Of a stretch of 64,000 nucleotides of DNA, positions 24,543 through 33,597 are shown piece by piece. A program made the translations under genes and the position numbers. The notes below the pieces were generated by a model that saw only the letters and a list, made by a program, of their open reading frames with translations, made no database searches and had not been told where the DNA came from. This stretch comes from Coriobacteriia bacterium (lineage in GTDB: Bacteria; Actinomycetota; Coriobacteriia; WRKU01), in assembly GCA_009777935.1 (NCBI GenBank), contig WRKU01000003.1, forward strand, positions 16,554-80,553, written 5' to 3'. Numbering within the stretch: the first letter of the stretch is position 1; the number at the start of each line of letters is the position of its first letter.

Positions 24543-25208
24543 ATGAGGGCAATGGACGATATCCGAGAAATCGTCATACGGCATAAACCTGCGGTAGTGA
24601 CATACGCACTAGGTCTTTTTCTGCTGACGTTCGCACAGCTTTTGCTCACATGGTGGATATCGGACTTGATTATAGATAGAACACTTGCCATGCGGGAGCT
24701 ATTTTTACTGGGATTATCTGTCCCATTCGCCCTTCTTGGTCTCGCGGTTTTATTGAGAAGTCTGTACTTGTGGATGCGTCCTATCGCGCTCAAATCGTTC
24801 CTAAAACGAATGGCTGCTCTCACGCTCGTTTCACTAGGTCTTGGCGTAGTCCTCGGAATCTTCTTAGGGATTCTTGCCATGATTGCGCTTCCAAATGCAC
24901 GCGATGGATTCATGTTTGGCAGAATCTTCATTGATATCTTAGGGACTTTAGGTGGCATTCCCATCTCGGCGTATGTCATCTGCCTTCTTGCTACCATAAT
25001 CACAACAAGATTCTTTAGCTTGCGTATACCGCCACGCCTGTTCTTTACTATGGTGCCGATAATGGCAGGCGCCATCTTTGTGCAAACCGCACTCGAGTAT
25101 CTGCCTAATAACGTCTTTATTGTGGTGATACGCGCAGCCGTGATAGCAGCTATCCTTACCGCTGTATTTGTTGTTGCGGTGGTAAGGGCACAAGTTGACT
25201 GTTCGTAA
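24543..25208 (+). CDS. polytopic membrane protein, paralogue of 18628-19335 (candidate immunity protein)
   Basis: 221 aa and hydrophobic, with collinear motifs shared with 18628-19335 (LYLWMRPIALKSFLK, SAYVIC, LEYLPNNVFIVVI). The antisense ORF 24482-25252 is rejected because this paralogy is on the plus strand. Confidence 0.65.
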   Translation: MRAMDDIREIVIRHKPAVVTYALGLFLLTFAQLLLTWWISDLIIDRTLAMRELFLLGLSVPFALLGLAVLLRSLYLWMRPIALKSFLKRMAALTLVSLGLGVVLGIFLGILAMIALPNARDGFMFGRIFIDILGTLGGIPISAYVICLLATIITTRFFSLRIPPRLFFTMVPIMAGAIFVQTALEYLPNNVFIVVIRAAVIAAILTAVFVVAVVRAQVDCS

Positions 25209-25253
25209 TCCCACATGGGTGCCAGCACGGAAAGAATATATATCGTGAACAAA

Positions 25254-25282
25254 TTTACATAAATAATAACTTGTGCTACTAT
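25254..25282 (+). promoter_or_regulatory. putative leaderless promoter of the HTH/nucleotidyltransferase pair
   Basis: TTTACA (25254-25259), a 17-nt spacer, TACTAT (25277-25282), then 6 nt to ATG 25289, with no SD. Same geometry as the abiE-like promoter at 16130. Confidence 0.45.
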
Positions 25283-25288
25283 TTATGT

Positions 25289-26014
25289 ATGAATTCGATA
25301 GCTGAAAAAAATGAACGAGCGACATTGAGCGGAAAATACACTACGATTCAGTCGGCCGATGCTTTGGGTGTTTCTAGACATCAAGTTGTGCAGCTAATTC
25401 ATGCTGGAGAGCTACATGCTGTGCGCACGGCTGGTGATGTCTTCTTGGTGGATGCGGCATCAGTAGCAGATTACGCACGTTTGCGACAAGGTAAGGGGCG
25501 CCCCTTCTCCGTAAATGTTGCGTGGGCGGCGCTGTGGCTGTTGTCAGGTCTTGACGTGGGCTGGCTTGCGTATCAGCAACGCAGACGATTACGTATGCGG
25601 CTCAACGAAATGAGCGCTGAAGAAGTGGTATGGGCTGTGCGCCGACGTGCTCGATTGTTGCGTGTTCGTATCGACGAATCGTTTCTCAAAACCGCACACG
25701 AGAACCTCGTGTTATCTGGCGTAAGTTCTAACCTATTATCGGAACTAGGGCTTACCGATGGTACGGGTAAACTAGAAGGCTACCTTGCTGACCGCGATCT
25801 AGAGGCGTTCATGCAGAACACCTTTTCCGCTCAGGACGATGACACAAATGTTATACTGCGAGTTGTTGGCGAGAACATACCCTTCAATCTTGCAGGCTAC
25901 AAGGAAATGCCCAGAGCAGTAGTTGCAACCGATCTGGCCGCTTCTGCCGATGTTCGTGAACGTAGCGCGGGGCTTAATTTGCTGGAGGAATTGTTGAATG
26001 AGTGGCGTGGCTAA
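25289..26014 (+). CDS. excisionase-type HTH DNA-binding protein (antitoxin-like)
   Basis: YTTIQSADALGVSRHQVVQLIHAGELHAVRTAGDVFLVDAASVADY fits the excisionase/MerR-like HTH pattern, followed by a ~180-aa C-terminal domain. The 3' end overlaps the next ORF by 17 nt. Confidence 0.55.
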   Translation: MNSIAEKNERATLSGKYTTIQSADALGVSRHQVVQLIHAGELHAVRTAGDVFLVDAASVADYARLRQGKGRPFSVNVAWAALWLLSGLDVGWLAYQQRRRLRMRLNEMSAEEVVWAVRRRARLLRVRIDESFLKTAHENLVLSGVSSNLLSELGLTDGTGKLEGYLADRDLEAFMQNTFSAQDDDTNVILRVVGENIPFNLAGYKEMPRAVVATDLAASADVRERSAGLNLLEELLNEWRG

Positions 26015-26738
26015 GCTAGAGTTCCCTTTTGGAAAACCGCTACCTCCGTGGGATATAGTCACGGAGGTAGTTTCGCGTATTGATGCCGATAAATGGATGC
26101 TCATCGGTGGTTTGATGGTGCAGGCGCACGCGATGATGGCAGAACTTGAGTCACGCGCGACGGTCGATGTCGACCTGCTCATTGATGTGCTCGCGGATAC
26201 CTTGAATATTGGACATGTTATTGCCGGGCTTGAGGAGCTGGGATTCGAGCTGCATGAACCGGGGCTACGAGGAGCACCATTCCATCGCCTGAAGCGAGAC
26301 AATCAGATTATTGATGTGCTTATCGCCGATCATCTGCCAAGTGGTAAGAGCAAGGCGGCGAAAATTGGACTGTTACATTTGATGGAAACACCGGGTGGAG
26401 CGCAGACTCTGAATCGTCGAACAAAAGTGGCAATCGAAGTTCCCGACGGAGTGTGTGAGTTCTATATGCCTGATGTGTTGGGTGCGTTAGTCCTTAAATC
26501 GGCAGTTTACCGTTCTGATAACCGCGATAAAGACAGGCATCTCAGCGACGCAGCTTTGCTAGCAAGCCTCGTTACCGATATCGGGACGGAGTTGAGCCGC
26601 CTGCATGGTTCTGATAGGAAAAGGCTTCGCTCGACAGCTGGCGCACTCGCCGACTCCAACCACCCCGCATGGATGAACTTACCGAGCAAGAATAGGTTGC
26701 GCGGTCAGGATGTTTTACGTATCCTGAGCAGTGATTAG
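25998..26738 (+). CDS. putative nucleotidyltransferase-fold protein (AbiEii/MNT-like toxin candidate)
   Basis: 246 aa. LIGGLMVQAHAMMAELESRATVDVDLLID fits the GG-x(n)-[ST]-x-D-x-D pattern of minimal nucleotidyltransferases. Coupled to an upstream HTH gene as in type IV/VII TA modules. Confidence 0.45.
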   Translation: MSGVAKLEFPFGKPLPPWDIVTEVVSRIDADKWMLIGGLMVQAHAMMAELESRATVDVDLLIDVLADTLNIGHVIAGLEELGFELHEPGLRGAPFHRLKRDNQIIDVLIADHLPSGKSKAAKIGLLHLMETPGGAQTLNRRTKVAIEVPDGVCEFYMPDVLGALVLKSAVYRSDNRDKDRHLSDAALLASLVTDIGTELSRLHGSDRKRLRSTAGALADSNHPAWMNLPSKNRLRGQDVLRILSSD

Positions 26739-26832
26739 GGTTAATCGGAGCGTATTCCGTGCTACTGCGCTCATCTTTCGGTTGCTCAACGCCCTGCTCA
26801 GCATACGCTTGACATCGGATAACCTTATCTGT

Positions 26833-28176
26833 ATGGATACGTTTGACTATAGCGAACGTATCGCGCTGGCACGTGCCGCCGAAGAGGCGGTCGGCGACCC
26901 TTCGCGCGATATGCGGGTGATGGGCGTGACCGGCACCAACGGCAAGACCACGACGACCCATCTCTTCGCCGAAATCATGAACTATGCCCAGCGCTCGACC
27001 TTCGTTATTGGCACGATTGGCGGCGACTACACGACGCCGCCCGAGCCGGAGCTCGCCGAAACGTTGGCGCGCGCGCGCGATGAGGACTACGAGGCCGTCG
27101 CGCTCGAGGTTTCAAGCCACGCGCTCGTACAGCATCGGGTCGCTGCGGTGCACTTTGCGGTGACGGCATTTTCAAATCTGACGCAGGACCACCTCGACTA
27201 TCACGAAAGCATGGAGTCGTACTTTGCCGCGAAAAAGAAGCTCTTTCTCGACTACGAGAGTGCGGCGAGCGTCGTCAATATCGATACCACGCACGGTCGC
27301 CGTCTCGTCGAGGAGATACGGCGTGCATGGCCCGAGCGCACGGTGCTGACGGTGAGCTCACACGGCTCGCACAGCTCACACGGCTCGTACGAAGAGGCCG
27401 ACCCTTCTGAACGTCCCAACCTCTACGCAACCGATATCGAAGGGGGAGCGTCCGGCGCGACCTTTACGTTGCATATACACAGTGACACCAGCAACGAGCA
27501 ACACGAGGTAAAGCTCCCGCTCGTCGCTGCACACAACATTGACAATGCGCTTCTTGCGGCGGGCTGTGCGTATGCACTCGGCATCGCGCCGGCCGACATC
27601 GTCGCTGCTCTCAGCGGTGCGGCACAGATACCGGGTCGTCTCCAACGCGTCACACGCACCGACCTCGACGACTCTGCCCATGCAACAGACTCACCGACGG
27701 ACTCTACGACAGACCCGCTCGTCTTCGTCGACTACGCACACACCCCCGATGCGCTTGAAAGTGCGCTCAAAGCGCTGCGCCCGCTCACCGAGGGCCGCAT
27801 CATCGTTGTCATGGGCTGTGGGGGAGACCGTGATCGCACGAAACGCCCGCTCATGGGCGAGATTGCTGCGTGCGAAGCCGATATGGTTATCGTGACGAGC
27901 GACAATCCACGTAGCGAGGACTCCGATGCCATCATCGATGAGATCGTTGCGGGTATGTATCACGTGGCACCGGCACACTACGGGTGTGAAACCGATCGTG
28001 CCGAAGCGATTCTGTGGGCGATCGAAGAAGCCCACCCTGAAGACATCGTCCTCATTGCGGGCAAGGGTCACGAAACCTATCAGATTATCGGTGACACAAA
28101 AGCTGATTTTGACGACGTTGAACAGGCGCGCGCGGCGCTCACTATCCGCGCTCAGCAGGCGGAGGTGGAGCAGTGA
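26833..28176 (+). CDS. murE: MurE (UDP-MurNAc-L-Ala-D-Glu:meso-DAP ligase) lacking the usual N-terminal domain
   Basis: GVTGTNGKTTTTHL P-loop and a Mur ligase middle domain are present. The DNPR motif (VTSDNPRSED) indicates meso-DAP specificity. The P-loop begins only ~31 aa after the first plausible start (ATG 26833; track ORF from 26731). The upstream 26731-26832 translation is not MurE-like, and the region upstream is occupied by ORF 25998-26738. Confidence 0.8.
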   Translation: MDTFDYSERIALARAAEEAVGDPSRDMRVMGVTGTNGKTTTTHLFAEIMNYAQRSTFVIGTIGGDYTTPPEPELAETLARARDEDYEAVALEVSSHALVQHRVAAVHFAVTAFSNLTQDHLDYHESMESYFAAKKKLFLDYESAASVVNIDTTHGRRLVEEIRRAWPERTVLTVSSHGSHSSHGSYEEADPSERPNLYATDIEGGASGATFTLHIHSDTSNEQHEVKLPLVAAHNIDNALLAAGCAYALGIAPADIVAALSGAAQIPGRLQRVTRTDLDDSAHATDSPTDSTTDPLVFVDYAHTPDALESALKALRPLTEGRIIVVMGCGGDRDRTKRPLMGEIAACEADMVIVTSDNPRSEDSDAIIDEIVAGMYHVAPAHYGCETDRAEAILWAIEEAHPEDIVLIAGKGHETYQIIGDTKADFDDVEQARAALTIRAQQAEVEQ

Positions 28177-29738
28177 TGAAACTTACCATCGCACGTATTG
28201 CCGAGCTCGTCGACGGCGAAATCCTGTCGGGCGCACCCGATGCTGAGGTCGTCGGCGTCTCGATCGATACGCGCACACTCGAAGAGGGCAACCTTTTTGT
28301 CGCGCTTAAAGGAGAGCACGCCGACGGGCACAGCTACGTCAACAAGGCCGTCAAGGCCGGCGCAGCGGTCGCGCTCGTTTCGCGTCGAGAAGCGGCAGAT
28401 CAGGTTGCCGGTATTGCCGAGCGCAAAGGTACGGCGTTTGTGCTCGTCGACGATACGCTCAAAGCACTCCATGACCTTGCGCGCGGCTGGCTCGAGATCG
28501 TTAAGCCGCGTGTCGTGGGTATCACCGGCTCGACCGGTAAGACGAGCACAAAAGAGCTGATGGCGGCCACACTGGGGCAGCGGTTTCGCACCGCCGCCAC
28601 GCCTGAGAATGAGAACAACGAAATCGGCGTGCCGCTGACGGCATTGCGTGCTGCCGAAGATACCGAAGTGCTTATCGTCGAGATGGGCATGCGTGGGCGC
28701 GGACAGATAGCCGAGCTGTGCGACATCGTCAACCCCGAGATCGGTGTGGTGACGTCGATTGGGCCAAGTCACATCGAGCTACTGGGCTCGGTCGATGAAA
28801 TAATCGCCGCGAAATCCGAACTCCTCAAGGCGTTGCCGTATCAGGGACTCGCCGTTATCGAGGCCGGAAAGCCCTACAGCGAGAAACTCGAACAGGCTTC
28901 GAATGCACGCGTGATGACCGTTGGCGTCGATCTCGAAGACGCGAAGGTCATGGCTACGCATGTTACGCTCGACTCCTCGGCCTGTGCCTCCGCGCACGTT
29001 CTTTCGCTCAAGGGGGAGTTCGATATCACGCTCGGTGTTCCTGGGCTTCATCAGCTTACCAATGCACTCATGGTCGTTGCCGTTGCCCAAGAGCTCGGTA
29101 TCCCTAGCGAGATTATCGAGAAGGGACTCGAAGAAGCGCGCGTCGGCGGTATGCGCTTTAAGATGGATATCAACGCCGCGACTGACCTAACCGTTATCAA
29201 CGATGCATACAACGCGAACCCGAATTCGATGGAGCAGGCGGTGCGCACGCTGGCCTCGCTCGATGCGCCGGGACGCCGTATCTGCGTGATCGGCGACATG
29301 CTTGAGCTGGGCGACACGGCGCCCGATGAGCATCGTGCAGCTGGCGCAATCGTTGCACACTGCGAGATAGACTATCTCTTTGCGTTCGGCGATTACGCCA
29401 CGCATCTCCTTGAAGGTGCACGACTCAACGGTATGGATGAGAAGACGAACCGTATCGCACGTGCCTACGACTGGATCGAGCTCGACCTCATGCTCGAAGA
29501 GCTCCAGGCTGCGCTTGAACCGGGCGATATCGTGCTTGTTAAGGCATCACGCGGTATGGAGCTCGAACGTGTTGCCGATGTTTTATTGGGCGTGACGACC
29601 GTCGACGAAGTGATGGCACCACCGGCTGCACGTGATCCTCTCTTTGATCAGACGACCTCGCCGCTCGACACTATCGAAAGCGCGCCCGTCGGCACTCCTG
29701 CCTCAGACGTGCCCGGCATCGAGGAGGATACACTCTAA
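28176..29738 (+). CDS. murF: MurF (UDP-MurNAc-tripeptide:D-Ala-D-Ala ligase) with ~60-aa Pro/Thr-rich C-terminal extension
   Basis: MKLTIARIAELVDGEILSG...SIDTRTLEEGNLFVALKGEHADGHSYV, GITGSTGKTSTKE. The start overlaps the murE stop (GTGATG; GGAGGTGGAG upstream). Confidence 0.9.
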   Translation: MKLTIARIAELVDGEILSGAPDAEVVGVSIDTRTLEEGNLFVALKGEHADGHSYVNKAVKAGAAVALVSRREAADQVAGIAERKGTAFVLVDDTLKALHDLARGWLEIVKPRVVGITGSTGKTSTKELMAATLGQRFRTAATPENENNEIGVPLTALRAAEDTEVLIVEMGMRGRGQIAELCDIVNPEIGVVTSIGPSHIELLGSVDEIIAAKSELLKALPYQGLAVIEAGKPYSEKLEQASNARVMTVGVDLEDAKVMATHVTLDSSACASAHVLSLKGEFDITLGVPGLHQLTNALMVVAVAQELGIPSEIIEKGLEEARVGGMRFKMDINAATDLTVINDAYNANPNSMEQAVRTLASLDAPGRRICVIGDMLELGDTAPDEHRAAGAIVAHCEIDYLFAFGDYATHLLEGARLNGMDEKTNRIARAYDWIELDLMLEELQAALEPGDIVLVKASRGMELERVADVLLGVTTVDEVMAPPAARDPLFDQTTSPLDTIESAPVGTPASDVPGIEEDTL

Positions 29739-30850
29739 TGTTTGCGCGCCTTGCCTTCTATCCGACATTCCAGGTCTTTCTCTCGCTCTCGCTCGGCTTT
29801 CTCGTCGTGAGCATTCTCATGCCACTCTTTATCACGACGCTGCGTCGTCGCAATATTGGCCAACAGGTACGTGCCGATGGTCCGCAGGGTCACCTCGTCA
29901 AGGAGGGTACGCCGACGATGGGCGGGCTTGTGGTGCTCGTCGTCATGGCGCTCGTCGCGCTGGCGATGCTCTACGTCGCAACTCCACAGCACGAATATGT
30001 GTCGATGCAGCATCTCATCGAGTTCTCGATGGGTATCCGTGCGGCGCTGCTCGTCGTCTTCACGACGATTGCGTGCGGGCTACTTGGCTTCATCGATGAT
30101 GCGTCCAAGGTGGCGAAGGAGCGCTCGCTGGGGCTGACGGCGCGCGCCAAACTTGCCGGCCAGATAACGATCGGCGTCCTATTCGCGCTTATCGCGGTCA
30201 ACTGGGTTGGCGTCTCGGCCGACCTCGTCATACCGTTGACGACTGCGCATATTCCGCTCGGGCTTGCCACGACGACGATTCCTTGGTTTGGGGGCACCAC
30301 ACTTCTCATCCCGTGGCTCTATATCATCTTCGCCACGTTTATGCTGGTGAGCATGAGTAACGCCGTTAACCTCACCGACGGTCTCGACGGCCTTGCCGCC
30401 GGCACGGTCACGATCGTCACCCTTGTCTTTGCGGCGATTGCGTATGCACAAAATGTGCTCCCCGTCTCGCTGACGGCCGCCGCCATCGCCGGCGCATGTA
30501 TCGGGTTCTTGTGGTACAACAGCTACCCAGCCGATATCTTTATGGGAGATACCGGCTCGTTGGGTCTTGGCGGCGCGATTGCTGCCCTCGCCGTCGTAAC
30601 CAAAACCGAGCTCCTCCTTCTTATCGTGGGGGGTATCTTCGTTATCGAGGCGCTTTCGGTTGTCATTCAGGTCGCGTGGTTTAAGCGCACGGGGCGACGC
30701 GTGTTTAAGATGGCGCCGATACATCACCACTTCGAGATGATTGGGTGGTCAGAGACGAAGATTATGGTGCGCTTTTGGATTGTGACCGCAGTGCTCTCCG
30801 GTTTTGGCTTCGCGCTCTACTTCTTCCAGACAGGACGATTAGGTGGGTAG
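29738..30850 (+). CDS. mraY: phospho-N-acetylmuramoyl-pentapeptide transferase
   Basis: 370-aa polytopic protein with NAVNLTDGLDGLA, PADIFMGDTGSLGLGG and APIHHHFE motifs. The start overlaps the murF stop (TAATG). Confidence 0.95.
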   Translation: MFARLAFYPTFQVFLSLSLGFLVVSILMPLFITTLRRRNIGQQVRADGPQGHLVKEGTPTMGGLVVLVVMALVALAMLYVATPQHEYVSMQHLIEFSMGIRAALLVVFTTIACGLLGFIDDASKVAKERSLGLTARAKLAGQITIGVLFALIAVNWVGVSADLVIPLTTAHIPLGLATTTIPWFGGTTLLIPWLYIIFATFMLVSMSNAVNLTDGLDGLAAGTVTIVTLVFAAIAYAQNVLPVSLTAAAIAGACIGFLWYNSYPADIFMGDTGSLGLGGAIAALAVVTKTELLLLIVGGIFVIEALSVVIQVAWFKRTGRRVFKMAPIHHHFEMIGWSETKIMVRFWIVTAVLSGFGFALYFFQTGRLGG

Positions 30851-30851
30851 C

Positions 30852-32129
30852 ATGAAGCCTGGCAGCATGAAATCTCTGGGGCGCGTGTGTGTTGCAGGCA
30901 TGGGTGTGAGTGGCAAAGCCGTAGCCGCTTATCTTGAGGCACAGCCATCGGGGCGCGTGGAAGAGCTCGTCTGTGTCGATGGTGTCGACGAGGTGCCGGG
31001 CCGCTTTGACCTCATCGTCATCAGCCCGGGCATTGCACCGCATACCCCTCTCTTTCGGAGCGCACGTCAATCTACCGACGATCTCATCAGCGAGATCGAG
31101 TTCGCCTACCGCGAGTCGAGCAACCGCTGGGTTGGTATCACCGGGACGAACGGTAAAACGACGACCACGAAGCTCGTCGTGCATCTGCTTGAGGCCGGCG
31201 ATATCGAGGCGTATGCCGTTGGCAACATCGGCATTCCTGCTATCGAGGTGGTCGGCACCGTCTCACCCGATGCCATACTCGTTGCCGAGGTCTCGTCCTT
31301 CCAGCTTGCGACGACCGCGCTCTTTGCACCCAGTGTGGGTGCCATCCTCAACATTACGCCCGACCACCTCGATTGGCACCGCTCGCTCTCCGAATACGTT
31401 GCCGAGAAGTGCAAGATATTCGCTAACCTTGACCCGGGCTCACTCGCGCTCATCAACGGACAGAGCGAGTACTTTGCCCGTGAGTACGAGTGCGCGAAGA
31501 TGGCCGGTGCAGAGGTGATGGTACTCGACGTGCATCGTGAAGCCGACGACCCGTTGCCGACGATGCAGATTAAGGGCATCCACAATGTGGAAAATGCTCT
31601 GTTTGCTCGTGAGATTGCACGCTATTTTGAGGTCGATGAGGATACGATTACGGCGGCGCTCACCTCATTTACGCCGGTACGTCATCGTTTACAGTACGCC
31701 GGATTTGCTGGGGGAGCGGCGTGGTACAACGACTCGAAGGCAACAAATCCCGATGCCGTCATCAAGGCGCTGAGTGCGTTTAGCGACAACGAGCCTGCCG
31801 ATGAGTCGCTCATCGTGCTGGTGGGCGGGCAGAACAAGGGCAACGATATGACGCAGCTTGCTCACGCGCTTGTGCGACGCCCTGCGACGGCCGTCATCAC
31901 GTTTGGTGAAGACGGAGGCGAGATTGCCGGTGCCGTTGAGGCAGCCGGGGGCGCCGTACTGCGCGCCGAGACGATGCGCGAGGCGTTTGCGCTCGCTTAT
32001 GAACACGCACGTGAGGGCGACGCTGTGTTGCTTTCACCGGCGTGTGCCTCGTTCGATGAGTTCGACAACTACGAGGCGCGTGGCGAGGCATTCTGCGCAC
32101 TCGTGCGAGAGCACGAAGATGAGCGCTAA
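30852..32129 (+). CDS. murD: UDP-N-acetylmuramoylalanine:D-glutamate ligase
   Basis: VCVAGMGVSGKAVAAYL Rossmann start, GITGTNGKTTTTKL P-loop, WYNDSKATN. ATG 30852 with AGGTGGG upstream (track start 30843). Confidence 0.9.
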   Translation: MKPGSMKSLGRVCVAGMGVSGKAVAAYLEAQPSGRVEELVCVDGVDEVPGRFDLIVISPGIAPHTPLFRSARQSTDDLISEIEFAYRESSNRWVGITGTNGKTTTTKLVVHLLEAGDIEAYAVGNIGIPAIEVVGTVSPDAILVAEVSSFQLATTALFAPSVGAILNITPDHLDWHRSLSEYVAEKCKIFANLDPGSLALINGQSEYFAREYECAKMAGAEVMVLDVHREADDPLPTMQIKGIHNVENALFAREIARYFEVDEDTITAALTSFTPVRHRLQYAGFAGGAAWYNDSKATNPDAVIKALSAFSDNEPADESLIVLVGGQNKGNDMTQLAHALVRRPATAVITFGEDGGEIAGAVEAAGGAVLRAETMREAFALAYEHAREGDAVLLSPACASFDEFDNYEARGEAFCALVREHEDER

Positions 32130-33597
32130 GCGTACCGGAAAACGAACCGCCAAGACCACCACGTCGCCGAAGTCGCACAAAGAACAGCGTATCGTCGCCG
32201 GCGGGGTCGGCTCGTACTATTTGGCTATCGTGGCGGTCACGATACTCGTGGGTATCAGCGCCATCATGGTTATCAGCGCTTCAAGTGGTGAGGCGGTGCT
32301 CTTGCAGGGTGCCGAGGCCTCACTCCTGGCATCGTTTGGCTCCGGTATCTCTAACCTGCTTTTCATCGTGCTCGGTGCGGTAGCGGCATTTGTCATCAGT
32401 CGCTTCAACTATCGCACGTTCGCACACCTCAGCTTTCCGCTCGCGCTCGTCGTCATCGTCGGCCTCCTCGTAACGCTTGCGTTTGGCACCGATGCACTCG
32501 GCGCGCGCCGCTGGATTCAGATTGGCGGCCTCTCGCTCCAGGTCTCTGAGCTCGCCAAGCCGGTACTGCTTCTCTTTGCCGCGTATGCACTCATCTTCAT
32601 CGCCGAATACACGGCGCGACGTCGTTGTTCGCGCTGGCGCATTATCGGGCTGTGGAGCGTGCCGCTCGCCGTCATCGCGCCGAGCGTTATACTCATCTTG
32701 CTCCAGCCTGACCTTGGCACGACGCTTATTCTTGGCTCGGGTCTGCTCATTGCCTATCTGCTGAGTGGACACTCGCCGAAGATACTGTTTGTTGCACTGC
32801 CGGTCATCACGGCTGCGTTCGCGGTGCGTGCTGTGCTAAGCGCCTCGTACCAGGTCCAGCGCGTCAACAGTCTCATCGACGGTCTTTTTCGAGGTAACTA
32901 CTCACATCAGGTGACGCAGGGTCTCTATGCGCTTGGGTCGGGCGGACTGTTTGGGCTGGGCCCAGGGCTTTCGCGGCAGAAGTATTTCTATCTTCCTCAG
33001 GCGCAAAACGACTTTATTTTGGCTATCATCGGCGAGGAGATGGGGCTCTTTGGTACGCTTCTTGTCGTCGGTGCATTTGCCTTGCTTATGTGGACGGGGT
33101 TGACGATTGCGCTTGGTGCCACCGATCGCATGGGGCGCATTATCGCGGCCGGTGCGACGACGATGCTGCTCGTACAGGCCTCGCTCAACCTGCTTGCCGT
33201 GGTGGGGCTGACCCCGGTGACGGGCAAGCCGCTACCGTTTGTTACCCTCGGTGGCTCGGCGATGCTTGCCTCGTTTGTCTCGTTAGGGCTGATACTCTCG
33301 GTCGCGCGGTTTGGGGGCGATCGCAAGGCCGCAGGAGCCAATACGCAGCTTATCGATGAGTCGTCGCTGTTTAGGTCGGCGGCCGAGTACATGGCCGACC
33401 TCTTCGAGCGCTTCGGCGATGGCGGCCTCGGTGGGGGCGGCTCACGTGGTGATGGCGGTCGGTCGCGCGGGGGTCGTGACGATGACGGCACGCGTGTGAA
33501 GCGCTCGCGCACAGGGGGAGGTGAGGGCGATGAAGGTGATCTTGAGTGGCGGTGGAACTGCAGGGCACATCTATCCGGCGCTCGCGCTCGCGTCTGA
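32119..33597 (+). CDS. ftsW: SEDS-family peptidoglycan glycosyltransferase FtsW with Gly/Arg-rich C-terminal tail
   Basis: The real start is probably ATG 32119 (MSAKRTGKRTAKT...), overlapping the murD end. The track ORF start 31858 lies inside murD in another frame. Polytopic, with QPDLGT, LPQAQNDFILAIIGEEMG and TGKPLPFVTLGGSAM motifs. Confidence 0.85.
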   Translation: MSAKRTGKRTAKTTTSPKSHKEQRIVAGGVGSYYLAIVAVTILVGISAIMVISASSGEAVLLQGAEASLLASFGSGISNLLFIVLGAVAAFVISRFNYRTFAHLSFPLALVVIVGLLVTLAFGTDALGARRWIQIGGLSLQVSELAKPVLLLFAAYALIFIAEYTARRRCSRWRIIGLWSVPLAVIAPSVILILLQPDLGTTLILGSGLLIAYLLSGHSPKILFVALPVITAAFAVRAVLSASYQVQRVNSLIDGLFRGNYSHQVTQGLYALGSGGLFGLGPGLSRQKYFYLPQAQNDFILAIIGEEMGLFGTLLVVGAFALLMWTGLTIALGATDRMGRIIAAGATTMLLVQASLNLLAVVGLTPVTGKPLPFVTLGGSAMLASFVSLGLILSVARFGGDRKAAGANTQLIDESSLFRSAAEYMADLFERFGDGGLGGGGSRGDGGRSRGGRDDDGTRVKRSRTGGGEGDEGDLEWRWNCRAHLSGARARV

